From positions 59,626-123,625 of the forward strand of contig JAADVB010000024.1 of NCBI GenBank assembly GCA_023334545.1: 64,000 nucleotides of DNA, given 5' to 3'. Origin of the DNA: Salisapilia sapeloensis CBS 127946. Its lineage: Eukaryota; Protista; Oomycota. Below are positions 45,602-59,036 of the stretch, one piece after another. Both the position numbers and the translations under genes were made by a program. Within the stretch, counting starts at the first letter, position 1; each line of letters starts with the position of its first letter. The notes under the pieces are model-generated. The model searched no databases and was not told where the DNA came from. It saw nothing but the letters and a program-made list of their open reading frames with translations.

Positions 45602-48600
45602 ATGGGAGATAGATCTAAGGAAAGCGAATATATTAAACCTTCTAGGACTGACTGTCCGAGTGGTCTAGTCGGTGAACCAGAGAAATCTTCCTGTGAAGTT
45701 GACTCGTCCGTGTGGGATACGATCGAAGCGCAGGAACAGTCAGAGTTTCTATCTTGGCTCGATGGAGAGGACCAAGCTGGAACTATTGAAGATGAAGACT
45801 TCATATTCAAACCTCCTAGAGACAAGGGTCAAGCATCACGTTCAGGTTGGCCTATGCAAGCTAAGACTTCATTAAAAGCTTCTCTTGTGGAACAAAAACG
45901 AAAGGAGAGTATTCATGCAAAAGAGTATCCGATACATCCTATCAGCACGTCAGTAAACAGCGGTACGTACGTAAATAATCTATTAACCGATGGTAATGTT
46001 GGGCGCACTCTTATCCATGTGCTGTAGAAAAGTTTGTGCAACGTAGCCAAGGAAGCAATGATCGTATCACTAGTTGGAGGGAAAGCATAGAGGTACCTAT
46101 CTTACTACTGTACAGTAATCCACGTTTCTTCATCCGGCAATAGATATGCTTTCCGATTCTTGCTCATGATCAAGTGTCCACAGGTACACTTGAGAGGACC
46201 AAATTGGATTTACCTAGTCAAGTGATGCTTCGCCGTGATCTTGAGGCTCTGTACTCATCAATTTTTTCCTCATCGACTTACAAGCATAATCTGCGCTCAG
46301 CTGATCCAGTACGTTGCAATGACGGAACAATCGACGTAATTGATGCTGCTGAAAAATTATTTACCTGCCTGTATAAAAGCCTTGGTGAACCTTACCGCCA
46401 AGGACAGGTAAATACGTTTGGACCACTATTGTTGCTAGCAGAAGCTGACCCATCGCAGCGAGATGTTTGGATCATTCTATACGCCATGGCAAAATACTTT
46501 TTACCAGGTCCTTCCCATAAACTACGCAATGTCATTGTAAGTAATCGAAGGTCTCTTCTTCCGTGGTTACTCTTGTACCATGCACCAAAGCTTGGAGTAT
46601 ATCTGTCTCAGCGAGTTACCACGTGGTTTACTGCCGATGAACGAGGCAATTTCATCATTTCGGAGACCTGGATTGCATCGCTATTTGAGGATAAGAAACT
46701 GGACGATTTGAATACGTTGATTAAAGTTTGGGATACTTGCCTTGGCGTAAATGCTTCTCTTCGAGGTAGTCATGAATGTGAAAGTGTTGATCCATCCTCC
46801 ATCGTATGCTACATTACCATATATCTAATGGTAGTGAGCGAGCGAGAACTAGTGCGAATGTCACAACAAGAGCTACAATTTCGCCTACCTCAAGTGCTAT
46901 ATGAAGCATTGGGACGAAGCACCTCCTCCGACCTTTGTATTGGTGTACAGGACATCATTACATCGACCCCAAGTAGCTTTCATCAAAAGTTGGGCAAAGT
47001 ATTATCGAAAACAAAGCGTTACAATTCTTCAGACGAAGTGGAAGATCAACGTACAAAGAGAGATGAACGAGCAAAAAGTTTAGAAAATGTACACGCCACA
47101 GATACTCCTGCATCAATTCTTTCAGCGCCACGACGCTTGTCTCTAAATTTACTCAGTGTACCTGGAAAACTGACGCAGCTTGCTCCAACAATATCAACAT
47201 TTGCCTTCGGTCAAGAAATCCATCTCCACTCGCAGGATACAATAGGAGACAATTTAATCGTCAAGACAGCAAATAGTTACCCAGAACTCCACTCAATCGT
47301 GTTATCGCTTCCTCCGGAAGATATTTTACCAGCCATCTTCAGCACATATTCGGATTTTAATCATTCATCAACGAAAGGTCTTATCCAGTACATGATACTT
47401 GACTGCCGGTCAGATGAAAAAGGATTTGTGGGTAGTATTCCTACTGCATTTAAGATTAGCCCGCAAGTGTTATTTGATGACGATGAAATTGAAGCCACAC
47501 TTTCCACGCTTTCTTTGCTCAAGCAAGACTACCACCTTTGCGTCATGGGGCACGGATATGAATTTAAATCCAAATGTCAAATTTCCAAAGGTAAAAGTGC
47601 CAGTTTAAAGCCATCGTCTGCAGCTCTATATGGCATGACTTGTGCTGAATATGACGCGGCAGTAGCGAAAGATTATTCGTGTATAAATGATATTGTTCAG
47701 CTGCTTATAAAGCATGGACTAGCTCATGTGAGCACACTTGAAGGCGGATACGCTGCTGCACACGATTTTCTTTTGTCTGCCACGGACTTCTCTACTGATG
47801 AACTCGTGGACCACGATAGTTCTGACTGCTCACTTTGTTGCCATCAGCGACCAGAATCTCTTCGTATTAGTTCACATTCAAGCGAGTTACTTGCCAATAC
47901 GAAAGCTAATAACTACAATGATTCCATCGATAGCAAACTGGACGCGAATAAAGATGAAGATGTGACAGCTACGAAGACAACAAACGTAAAGCCCGGTTCC
48001 TCTTTTTCAAAGTTTACTGAACGATGGCGAGCTACCAGTATCTCAATGCCACTGCCATCTACTGAAAGTTTAGTTGAAGCAAAGAATTGGGTAACTCGAA
48101 ATTCTTTTACACCGAAGACATCACAGCAAAACACGCCTTCTATATCGTCCAATGCAAAGGCTGTAGGACAAGAAGGCGTAGATGTATCGTCGCCTATAGC
48201 ACGCTTTCGAAATTCGTTCGTAGCGATGGGAAGTGAGGGCGTGGATATACTTCGTAAAGCTGAGTACATTGGCTTGGAGAAAGCTCTTCAAGGAATGCAC
48301 TTAGCTTCGGATACTCTTAGTCATTTACGTTATCACACTGAAGAGCCTAAGCCAAGGCCACAGTCCATGCCTACTTCAGCATCACCAACGCATGAGCAAT
48401 TTACAATCGACGGTGAAGATGACGATCCTGAAGTAGCCAATCTCTACGATAGCAACTCTGCTCGTAATTCAAACGTGTCGTCTTTAGCAGTAGATCCCTT
48501 ACAGGCGTCCATGTTATTCAAACTGAACACAACCGTTGAAGAAGTTGATATTACACCTGGGCAAATTTACCAATTGACCAAAGGCGTGTATGTACGTCGA

Positions 48601-48984
48601 TCGAACCTTCAAAAGCTCAGACCAAGTTTGTTTTATATTTCGTACAAGAAGAAGGTTGTCCGGTTACCGTCGGACGCTACACGGCCAACTTGCATCAAAA
48701 TGGTTCAACGGCGGTTGGTTGCTGTCGAGAATTGTCTTCTAGTGCTGCAGGTCACCAATGACGATGAAGATCTGTTTGAAGTAAAATCGTGCCATCCACT
48801 CTCTCATCTTGATCGGATGACTCAGATGAAAAAGAATGCCTTGGTGGTCAAGCTGTATTTCAAATGGGATCTTCCGAATGGGGAATGCAGAGAGGTATGT
48901 AAAACCTATGAAGTGCAACAGCGAGATCAATTCATTCGAGTTGTACAAGCAGCTATGGAGCGCCAGGTTACCACTGCAGGCTAA
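45602..48984 (+). CDS. TBC1D23: TBC1D23-like (TBC + rhodanese-like + C-terminal PH-like), introns near the 5' end
   Basis: TBC-like helical region (LLLYHAPKL, IKVWD), rhodanese-like ILDCR...CVMG...VSTLEGGY, C-terminal KSCHPLSHLDRMTQMKKNA. 5' exons are approximate. Confidence 0.75.
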
Positions 48985-49151
48985 GAACATGCTGCTGTAT
49001 TCCATAAAAAGAAACTAGCCGTTAGCGTATTTGCGACGGTAAATAAAACTTGACTACTTCCACAATTCTTATCATTCCGCGTATTTACCGTCTAAGCTGA
49101 AGTGCCCATCGTGCTCTATTCACATCTCTTTAAGCAGTCCAAACAGCAAGC

Positions 49152-49820
49152 ATGAGCGACAAGGTAGTAAAAATCGATGAGGTTTCCAGAAACCAGATCT
49201 GGCGCGAGCAACTCAAGAAAGAGTACAACATGGAAAGTCCACTCACTCCTTTCCAGATCAACCCGAAAACAAGTAAACACCATTTAGAGTTTGAATTATT
49301 AAGGAGTCTTCCGTCTCTTATGTCAATAACGTAGTCAGTGCTGTCTCCATGAAGCCTACGATTACACATCCATCGGACTTTGGAAAGTCGCCTAGAGAAG
49401 ACAACAACGAAATTGGTACTCTTCCCTATAATAAACGATGGATATAGTCTCTAATTCACTACTTTATCATGCTAATAGCAAACAAAGTGATAGAAGCTAG
49501 CCAAAAAGTACTCGATCGATCCAAGTTACCACTCACGGAATCCCAACGCGTCGGGTACATCTCTCTTCTTCGTATCTCCGTCGGAGTAGCATATTAACAG
49601 CAAGCGCATGCATATATAGATGGCTTCATGCCGCCGCTCTACAAGGCATTGAAGGTGACTTGCAACGACGGATGTTTAAAGGACGCGAAAGGTACTAATC
49701 CAATTGCCACTACATCCTACCTCCTATCTCAATCTTTTTTCTAGCTGCGACGTAACTCAATTTGCCGACTCATATTGCACCATGGCAGGTTGCTCGCCAT
49801 TTGCAGACAAGTCTACTTAA
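49152..49820 (+). CDS. CFAP144/FAM183-like small axonemal protein, multi-exon
   Basis: DEVSRNQIWREQLKKE...FQINP; spliced LPLTESQRVGW...CDVTQFADSYCTMAGCSPFA*. Confidence 0.65.
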
Positions 49821-50014
49821 TTCAACAATCGATTTGCTTCGAATAAACCACCTACCAGATCTACTATCTTGCCCTCTATCCCTTTCGTTCCAAAGTACGA
49901 GTATGAATGCATAAAACTTGAAAGCAAAGGTATCTAAAAACCCATATCACGGCCTCTTATCTCATCTCCACTTTTCGTAATAAAGAGAAACATTGTAAAA
50001 AACGTTTCTCTAGC

Positions 50015-51622
50015 TTACACGTCATCCGGTGGCTGAGATGCCAACGACCCCCTTCGTTCATTCAATCCCGCTTGCTCCGGTAACGACTGCGCTGAAGGTG
50101 CTTTCGGGATCGGAGGCAGCATACTCAACGTCGGCGGATCCACCTTCTGTCCTTCTCCCTTCGTCTGAGCATCCAGCATCTGCAACTGCGTCCGCAGGTC
50201 CTCAATATTCGACAAGACCATACGTCGATGACCTTTCTTCACCTTCATGTCCTTGAGGTCTTCCTCATCAATCGTCGCGACGGTTCGCAAGTCATCAAAT
50301 CCATCACGCTCAAAGTTGTTCACGTACTCGTCCATCTTGAGCTGACTCAGCCACTCTTTCACCGTGTCAATGCCTCGCAATCGAGCACCTTCCGGAACAG
50401 TCTCATCTGTTCCCGTCGCTTCGTGCTCATAATTCGAAAACTCGGCGTTCCCTTCTTCCCATGCCTGCAGTCTCGCTGCTAGTGTGCTATGTCCAGCTTC
50501 GAAAGCACACCTCGAAGGCGTTTTATTCGTCAACGTTAGAGAGAGGAACTGGGAAGCGTCAGGAGCCTTTCGCACGAGCCAGAACGCACAGTGCTTGTGG
50601 CCACCTAAAGCAGCACAATGAAGGGCGTTGCGACCGAACTTATCGGCGTCTGTCCAGACGGCAAAGTGCTCGCCAAGGAGCTTGAGCGTCGACAAGTGTC
50701 CGAACTCAGCTGCCCAATGCATGGCATTCTTCCCGTTCTTATCGACCATGAAACGAAGTGGATAGGCGCCATCGATTTCGGCGATCATACGACTTACTTG
50801 CTCGTCATCCCCGTCTTCCGCTGCGTGAACAAACTTCTGCGACGTATCGTACCAGCTCTTGAGAAACTGAACGCACTTTTGCTTGTGCTTGTCTTTCGCG
50901 AGCTGATAAGCTGTCCTATTGTCAAAGCTCGTGATATGGACATCGATGCCTTTCATGCACAAGTACTGGATGACTTCCTTCCGGCCCTTCGACGCTGCCC
51001 AATGCAGGCAAGTGCTTCCATAATCATCCACGATATTCACGTCAATCGGATCAGCACATTCGTCGACAAGGTACTCGACTACATCCAAGTGCCCATTGAT
51101 AGCTGCAAAGCAGTGGGCCAATCGACCGAATTTGTCTTGACCGTCGATCGGAACGCCTTGATCGACTAGCAGTTGGACGACTTCCAAGTGGCCGTAGAAG
51201 GCAGCATAATGCAAAGGTGTCTGTCCATCGTCGTCTTCCACTTGTCGATCGACGTTGGGAAAGTTGAGTAGATATTCCACCACTTCCAATTGTCCGGATG
51301 AGGCAGCTGCATGGAGTGCCGTGCATCCATTCTAGCAAGTAGACAGGTATAAAAGTTTAGGATATGTGCTTCATTATTATACATAAAAAGAGAAAGATAA
51401 TAGAGGGGTATGTACTTGGTTCCGGTAGTTAATGTCAGCATTCACTTCTTCCAGCAAGTAGCGAATCTCCTGGACTTTGCCGCGGTGACACTTGACGATG
51501 AGCACGTCGCCGAGGGTGTAGATCCCTTGTGCCGGGGCTCCACCGGCCGCAATCGGTACAGATCCATTTCCGCCAGCAGCTGCGGCCCCGCCCATAACTA
51601 CGTGCATGACAGGTCGGCTCAT
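50015..51622 (-). CDS. Ankyrin-repeat protein with C-terminal SAM domain, 2 exons
   Basis: Multiple G-x-T-x-LH-x-AA repeats; SAM WLSQLKMDEYVNNF...DLKDMKVKKGHRRMVL; intron near 51335-51415. Confidence 0.9.
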
Positions 51623-51848
51623 ATCGAACTCGTCCGGTGGTAATCCTCTCCTGAGTCGGGTCCGTCGAGAGCACCGAGTACGCTGCCAGTGCTATTGATC
51701 AAAGTATATGTTGCACGAAGGTCGCACGACAGGCTTCGGAGCAACATGGCGCCTCCTCCATGATCTTCAGCGGCCGTTTCAGCGCCGTACGTGGAGACTT
51801 GGCGAGAGGGACTTTTGGATACGAGTCGGAAGACGGATTTGGACCGAT

Positions 51849-52387
51849 ATGGGTGCTGCAGCTAGTACGAATGAAGATGGGGTACCTACCTTTTTATTTT
51901 TTTAAATTATTTATGTAGTTAATTAATCAAGGATGTAGTTTGTTATTGGAGATGTGGTCACCTTTGGAATGCCGCAATTGACACATCGAGTCGTTGGGGT
52001 AGATCTAGATTGCTTCTAAGAGTAAAAGAAAATTTATTGAGAACTATGTGTGTACAGATCGTTGTCGCGGTCGAGGAGAAGACTTGTGATATCCAAGTGT
52101 CGAGTGATGAAGTTGTGGACATGATTCCACGTGATGACATGAAGCGAATCGCTAGCTGGGACGAAATTGAGGTCGATGATATAGTCAAAGTAAAAGAAGA
52201 TGGTAGTAGCTTGTACTATGAAGCGAATGTTCTGTCGAGAGACACGAATGGTACGTTTACAGTGCGATTCGGAGATGGCGAAGTGGAACACAACGTTCAC
52301 ACGGATCGAATATTGAAGCTCATGTCCGGGAGACTACAGCGAAACGAACGAATGACTTTAAAGTCATCAGCAGAAGATGAAAAGTAA
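51849..52387 (+). CDS. Small tandem Tudor-like protein with N-myristoylation motif, 3 exons
   Basis: Spliced MGAAASTNEDG-FVIGDVVTFGMPQLTHRVVG-IVVAVEEKTCDI...IEVDDIVKVKE...YYEANV...FTVRFGDGEVE. Confidence 0.55.
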
Positions 52388-52438
52388 TGATCATGTTCAC
52401 ATCAAACCAGATACTTCACTTTTCGAATCAAGATACTT

Positions 52439-54039
52439 TTATAATACTTTTGCGAGTGGTAAGATGGATAGATATCCATTAGGAGGTGCTACCACGGTCT
52501 CGTCGAGATTCTCTGCTATCCAGCTCTATGAAAATAATCACCGTCAATACATGGGATAGGTTTGCTAGTTGAGTCAGATAGTTTACCTGAAGTTTCCCTT
52601 CGATAGCTGAAAGTGAATCGGTCCGGGATACATCGATAGGTCCAATCGTTGTCATACTTTCAGGATGACCGGGTAAAGGATCTTGGAGTAACAACCGCAC
52701 CGACGCGGCATCCTCTTGCTTTAAAAGATAAGATAGCACATTCTCCTTGCGAAGTGTGTTTTCAATAAGTCCTGTACGAACGCGAATTAGAGGATCGATT
52801 ATGAGTAAGATCGGATCAATATAAATTATTGAGTGTACCGTCAAGAAGTCTCATCGCAGTAGCTTTCATGTCGACTATGTCGCTAACTTCAGGAATGATA
52901 GTTGTTACCAACCACACTTCGAGATCACGTTGAATCGGATCGTAAAAGACGCCATTGCGTTCCAAAATTCTAATAGTCTCTTTAATAACATGAGGGATAA
53001 TGGCCTTTGAATATTGCCAAGCTGCTAGTTTCTCAACAAATTTCTTGCGCTGCTTTATCTTCTTTTCCTTCTCGGCTTTCATACGTTCCTTTTCCTTGTA
53101 ATCTGCAACTGCCTTTTGCTCCAGTTCGCGCTCGGCGCGAGCATTCTCAGCCTTCTTGTCAACCATAATGCGATGATCGGATTCGAGAGAAACCATTTCC
53201 GTCTCCTGCTTTAATTCCACCAAAGCTTGTGCCATTGTTTTATTCACTAAGACATGAAGAAGTGGTTCCACCTCCTTGTCAAAGTTAAACAATTGGTCTG
53301 AATCTTGGATCTATGCCCACAAAAGCCATCATTAGTTGACCAACGAAAGAAAACTACCGGACTTCAGTATGCTAAAGACTAACCTGAGTTGAAGTGTCGA
53401 CTCCAACTTTCGGTCGATGGAATGGACCGTCAGATATATCTTTAGCTTGGTTCGTGATCAAGCGTGGTCCAAATGCATCTGTCTGGCTGTAGGATTCCAC
53501 ACTGGCACACGCTTGTGCCTGTTCCACGAGATACTCTTCAAGTGGTAGTGATGAAACTATAGAGACGGATAAACTATAGCAAGCATTCGAGATTAAAATA
53601 GTGAAGCAGATTACATGACTCAGAGATTCGTGCTTTCGGCTCGAAGACGCTATGCTGCTTCGTTTTAGACTTTTTAGGTCGCTTGGGGACGGTTGGTCCG
53701 AAGCTGGAACGACTTTGCCGAGCATGAGATGCGATAGAATTCTAATTACCACATAGAATAGTAATTGCTTCTGTGCTAAGGGATACCAAATGCTTCATGA
53801 AGGCAGACATACCATAGCAAACACGCTTCCTCGCACCACACGAGGATTGTGCATGATGTTGGGAATAATTTCTCTAAAATGGAAGTGATCGCATGGAAAT
53901 AAGATAATTGTGGAAACTACATGGAGAATGTGACGTACCTCTCAGATTCGTCTGTACGCTTTCTCTGTTTCAATCGCCCATTTGGAACTGCTCTTGGCTT
54001 TGATGCGTAGGAGTACGATAGTTGTTCGTCTAACTCCAT
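52439..54039 (-). CDS. RSP3: Radial spoke protein 3-like, multi-exon
   Basis: YSYASKPRAV, NIMHNPRVVRGSVFA, SQTDAF, PKVGVDTSTQ-I, LFNFDKEVEPLLHVLVNKTMAQALVE. Confidence 0.8.
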
Positions 54040-54151
54040 CCCACCTTTGCTGGCTTGATAGTCAAATAAATACAATGGGAGTTTCATTTCTATTCTGTAC
54101 ACCAGGGTTGCTTGAGTTTCTTGCTACTCTTTTGCTGCTACAAAATTGCGG

Positions 54152-54682
54152 ATGAAGTTTAGTCGTCTAGAGGTAGAAGATCTATCAAAAGCTACTATTG
54201 CATGCTTGGCGGAAAGCAATGTTGAAACAGAACAGAAGAATTTATACCAACTCGAAGCTGACCAAGTACGTGCTCAGATAGCTATTCAAGAATATCGTCT
54301 TCAAGAGCTAGAAAAAGATGAGCAGGAGCTTTTACAGCTGGAGAAAGAAGCGAAAGATGCCGCTAAAGAAGCCGAAAAGAAACTGAACAAGATCGGAGGC
54401 ACGACGAATGCTGCCAAGGCTCTACGAAATGAACTAATTGCCGCAAAAGAGGACTTGAAAGCTTTAGTGAACAAGACAACTACGGTACAGGAAACAGAGA
54501 ATTTACTCAAAGATGAAGTACAATCATTGCAACAGCAACTAGACAGAACACAACAAACTTGCATGCAACTCGAAGGTGACGTTCAAGATCAAATGAAAAG
54601 ATATCATGCGTTGCAGAAAACTTTAAAATCTCTTGGAAAGCCATCTAGATTATTATTTGAAGCAAACAGAAGTATTCTGTAA
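54152..54682 (+). CDS. Coiled-coil protein
   Basis: Heptad-rich E/K/Q/L ORF, divergent from the RSP3-like gene across ~110 bp. Confidence 0.65.
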   Translation: MKFSRLEVEDLSKATIACLAESNVETEQKNLYQLEADQVRAQIAIQEYRLQELEKDEQELLQLEKEAKDAAKEAEKKLNKIGGTTNAAKALRNELIAAKEDLKALVNKTTTVQETENLLKDEVQSLQQQLDRTQQTCMQLEGDVQDQMKRYHALQKTLKSLGKPSRLLFEANRSIL

Positions 54683-54704
54683 ATGGAGACGAGGATTGCA
54701 GGTC

Positions 54705-55500
54705 TCACTTGACGGTCAGAGTGATTAAGGCATCAACCATTTTCTGCCGAATCGATGTTTGCCAAGCTATCGCGTTCGGATCATCCAGGCAGATGCGGTA
54801 GACAAGTTTGCATTGCTTACAAGGGCACTCTTCCTATGAGAAGGTTGGGAAATAATTAAACAATCCAAATTAAAGCATTGCAATGCCCACTTTTAGTTGA
54901 ATGCTTTTAGACTTTTTGTCTGAAAGTAGCGAAGCAGATCGAGAGTTCATACACGATCGCCAAGAAAAGTGGTGGTCATTGACTGTATCAAAGTAGACGG
55001 CTATGATCTTATAGGCGATTATATGTTCTTTAATTCTGCACCACGAGATGTATCCTCTAAGAACGTTTTAATCGATTATGAAGTAGAAATCGCACTCTTT
55101 ATCATCGTTGACTTCCTTTTTATCGCCTTGCTCTTCCACGTCGAATTGATGAGACTGCTTCATCGACCTTAATTACACAACTGGATCGATCAACAAACTT
55201 TTAGTAAAGAAATCTAGGAAGAAACCATGAACAAATTCTTCTCAGTAAGTCCCTACTACAGTGTATATTAGCTTGCATCTGTGAGTGCAGTAGTTATGCC
55301 TATGATACGATTTAAATTCGCTGCCAGGATATAGAAAACTTGAAGAGAGGACAACATCATGCAGGCTTTGTCTTCTCATAGCATTAAAAGATGTCAATAT
55401 CATCAACAAAGCTACTAGCATCTTTTTATTCAACTCGTACTCCTCAGGATACCGTCAAAAGGTTTGAAGTACCGTTCACTTCACATGAATCAGAGTGCTA
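54705..55500 (-). CDS. Possible multi-exon hypothetical gene; last exon carries a CxCxxC motif
   Basis: Terminal exon reads EECPCKQCKLVYRICLDDPNAIAWQTSIRQKMVDALITLTVK* (stop at 54705). Upstream exons were not resolved. Confidence 0.35.
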
Positions 55501-55614
55501 TAAACATAAAGCCGCTTCCTTTTATGATCCGTATCCTTGATCTTAATCTAATAATGTCGCTAAGTTTTCAACACGACATCCTTCCTGGACAAGAAAAAAG
55601 AAGTATAGGTTGGC

Positions 55615-56485
55615 ATGGCCATCTACTACTGTCTCGTGGCGAATAGACATTGCCCGCTCGCGGAATATAACAATGGTGGTAATGAGAAGATGGGTGAGAT
55701 CGCTATGAAGCTTTTGAAGAAGCTCGACTTTGATCAGAATTCCGTCGAGGCCGTGGATTTTGAGGGCAAAAACTACAGCTATCGCATCGATGACGAAGTC
55801 GTTTACGTCTGTGTCACGGACGAAAACTTTGGCAACAGGTATGCACTACCATCTTTGTAAGACATCTAGCATTGTGCCAAATCTACGTAATGAACAGTGC
55901 AGCTGCTCTCTTCCTTAAACACATCAATCAGCTTTTCGATGCTCAATTCGGCAATCGAGGCAAAGCGACCAAGCTCAAACTAGACCTCAACCGTGACTTT
56001 GCACCAGTGCTAAAGAAGCAAATGGTACATTTGTATCGTTATAAAACAAAAAACTCAATAGTTCATACGTTTTTGTAGGAAATATATTCGTCAGAGTCGG
56101 GAGGCGAGCTTTTGCGTGAACTTAAGGACGATCTGAGTAACGTTGCGAAGAATATGCAGAACAACATTCGTACGGATCTTTTCACCTCGCATGCTCTTCC
56201 ACTACTTACCACAGGTAGATAAAATCATGGATCGAGGCGACAAAATTGATGTCCTGGTGGACAAATCCGACACACTAAACGCTCGATCGTCCGATTTTGC
56301 CCACTCCAGTCGACAGCTTCGACGAAAAATGTGGATGGAAAATATGAAAATGACAATCGCAACCATCGTCATTGCCATTGTATGCTCACAACTTCTCTTT
56401 ATCGCCCACCTTTCTAACAGGATGCATATAGCTACTACTCGTCGTCGTCCTTATCGTTTGGAAAAAGCACAGCAAGAAGGAATGA
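55615..56485 (+). CDS. Longin R-SNARE (VAMP7-like), multi-exon
   Basis: Longin start MAIYYCLVAN...LAEY; SNARE motif NIDKIMDRGDKIDVLVDKSDTL...LRRKMW; spliced TM anchor IVIAI-LLLVVVLIVW. Confidence 0.88.
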
Positions 56486-56545
56486 AGCCTCTTTTGAATA
56501 GTATACCATCCAAATTTTCATTCATTTGTCATGCACTGTCGTCTT

Positions 56546-58091
56546 CTACTCCGCTTTACTCTTGAATCGAAGCAACTTCCATGCCAATGTCGTTGCAATA
56601 GCCATCACGACACTTGTGATCCCGAAGAGTACTTCTTGACGATAGTATTCCGTACATGCGATACCCATCACGACGATAATGTTTGTCGGTAGTCGAAAAA
56701 TAGACAAAGCTGTGCTCATGTATTCCGATGGGAAGTAACGACTCCGTAATGTTGCTGCACAAGGAGAAAAGAGACCAACACATACCTACGCAAAAAAGTT
56801 AGACACAAAGCATATAAGAGGTAGATTGCTTTGTACCTCAAAGACTAGAAACGATAATAACAGCCATTCATATTGGCTCGTACACGATGGAATTAAGAGC
56901 GCAATCGTCGAAACGAAGCTAATGGCAACGAGAAGTACTTCGGCTGGGAGAGTACTGGAGATGTAGGTGTGGAGCTTGCCTCCAATAGCCAAGCTAAGCA
57001 TGAACGCAGAGAAAACTACGCCACTTGGAAGCATCTGGTTAGGTACTTGCGGCTGCAGCGTTGGGTACCACAAGAAGACTACGATCACACGTGATGAGAT
57101 AAAGCTATAGAAAAGAAGTTATTAACGAGACAAGTACCGAAGATGTACATTGCGCCATCGAATAGGCTGCAGCAAAGGCCCAATGCATACACTTGCCAGG
57201 ACATTTGGAACCACTTTCGTTGTAGATTTGGCTCTTCTTTTGTCAGCGTGGTAGCATAGTTTTCTTCCCACCGAGATATCCACATGATGGACATGGCAGT
57301 AACAGCTACAGCTACTCGAAATGGACCAATCTCGCCAAGCGTATCGGCAGCAACTTGTGCGACAAGCCCCGCAACGACTGCTAGTAGTCCATTACCTTCT
57401 GAGGCGATGGAAAACGTTTGTGACAGAAATGATTCTGGAAAGCCTACTCTGAATCTGTTACATATATAAAATGTAGCTTAAAGGCACCCGCAATACCTTT
57501 GGATCGATGAGCTGTAACCGCCCAGCTTTCAAATGCAGAAAACAGGAGTGAGGTCGATACTCCTCCTATGATCCTTCCAATGAAGAGTACCGGATATGAT
57601 GGTACTTCTTCCAACAAGTTGATCAGGATCTATGTCCAATGTGATCAATGTGCACGTCGTTCGTTATAGCAGTATAAATCTACCTCTAGGATGCAATAGA
57701 CAAAGCATGCGTTTCGTCTACCGTAATGGTCGACGCACGGACCAAGGAAGCTGCCGAAGAAAGCAGAGGATAAAAAGCCAGTGAGAAATAAAGACCCGAC
57801 GTGGACACCATAGCTCTATTCACATTAATTACTATATGCAATCTATCATGCACATAGCTACAGGTGTACCTCGTATAAGCTGTACATGTGAGTGCCCTGC
57901 AGCCAATCGGCAAACATGATGAGGAAGTAGACTGTAAGGTACTGCCTCTGAAAGTGTTTATACTCTCCCTTCTTTTCTGCATCCTTTACAGCGGCTGAGT
58001 TTGCTTTCCATTTATCGAAAATGTGCAGTACAAAGAGAGCAAGTGCGAGTAGTATACAGGGCACAGTCGCCCACAGTGGCCATGAGACCAT
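56546..58091 (-). CDS. MFSD5: MFSD5-like (molybdate-anion transporter family) MFS protein, multi-exon
   Basis: FQRQYLTVYFLIMFADWLQGTHMYSLYE, LFDGAMYIF, LRSRYFP...SIFRLPTNIIVV. Confidence 0.85.
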
Positions 58092-58180
58092 TTCTGTCGT
58101 CACTTTTACAACTTGTTGTTTTTTACATATTTTATTCAAGTCACTTTTTGCAATTTGTCAACCACGAAATTAGCGAAAAG

Positions 58181-58450
58181 ATGGAGGTCCTGAAGACGAC
58201 GTCGGTGAGCAATGAGCGCGCTGCGAAAGTGCTGAACAAGTTTATGGCGAACAAGGTCGACGATGAAGACCAGGATCTTTCAGTGGTATGTACTTGTTTC
58301 TCGAAATTCTGCTCGTACAGCGGGAAACTTACACTATCATGCTAGATGACACCGGAGGTTCAGTTTCAGCTCAAGCAAGTGTTGGCATTCTTGGAAAACC
58401 GTCCATTGGAGACAGAAGATGTAGAGGAGACAGAAGCCACGGATGGCACG
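58181..58450 (+). CDS. Small acidic hypothetical protein, 3' end unresolved
   Basis: MEVLKTTSVSNERAAKVLNKFMANKVDDEDQDLSV, GT-AG intron, then MTPEVQFQLKQVLAFLENRPLETEDVEET. Confidence 0.45.
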
Positions 58451-59036
58451 TACTCTTATGAATAACTTGCAATAGAGCTAGGAATACTTTTCTGATAACA
58501 AAGTCTATTAGAAACTTAGAGCTACAAGTCATAGAGTGCGTATAATCTCAAACGCTCCGTAATTTTGATGATTATGTTGAGCTTCAATGCACCTCTTGTC
58601 ACTAATACTCACGCAAAATCGAGTTCATTTCTATCACATACAGCCTTCAAAATGGTCCATCGTACTTACCACCCCGCTCTATTGCTTGTGGATTTTTTAT
58701 TGACGTCCGAATATCTTCCGAATCCACGTCTTCCTCTCCATACCTAAAATGACTTTACTAGGTGGTATTGCTGCCGGCCATTTCTTGCAAATCAGACTGT
58801 ATGCACATCCCTTTCCCTCTTTCGATGCATGTTTTTACGAAATCAGATGTCAAGGATAGTATATTTTGATTGGAGAACTGAACCATCTCGCGCTTTTGAT
58901 TGGCATAAACCAAAAGCGACGATCAGATGATACGCGATGCAGAGCATACGGCACGGCCTCGACCTGCGATCAGCCCTCGCTTCCCGTTGATGACACTCCT
59001 CTTCCCTCCTATCATTCTAAATTCACATTGAGGAGC

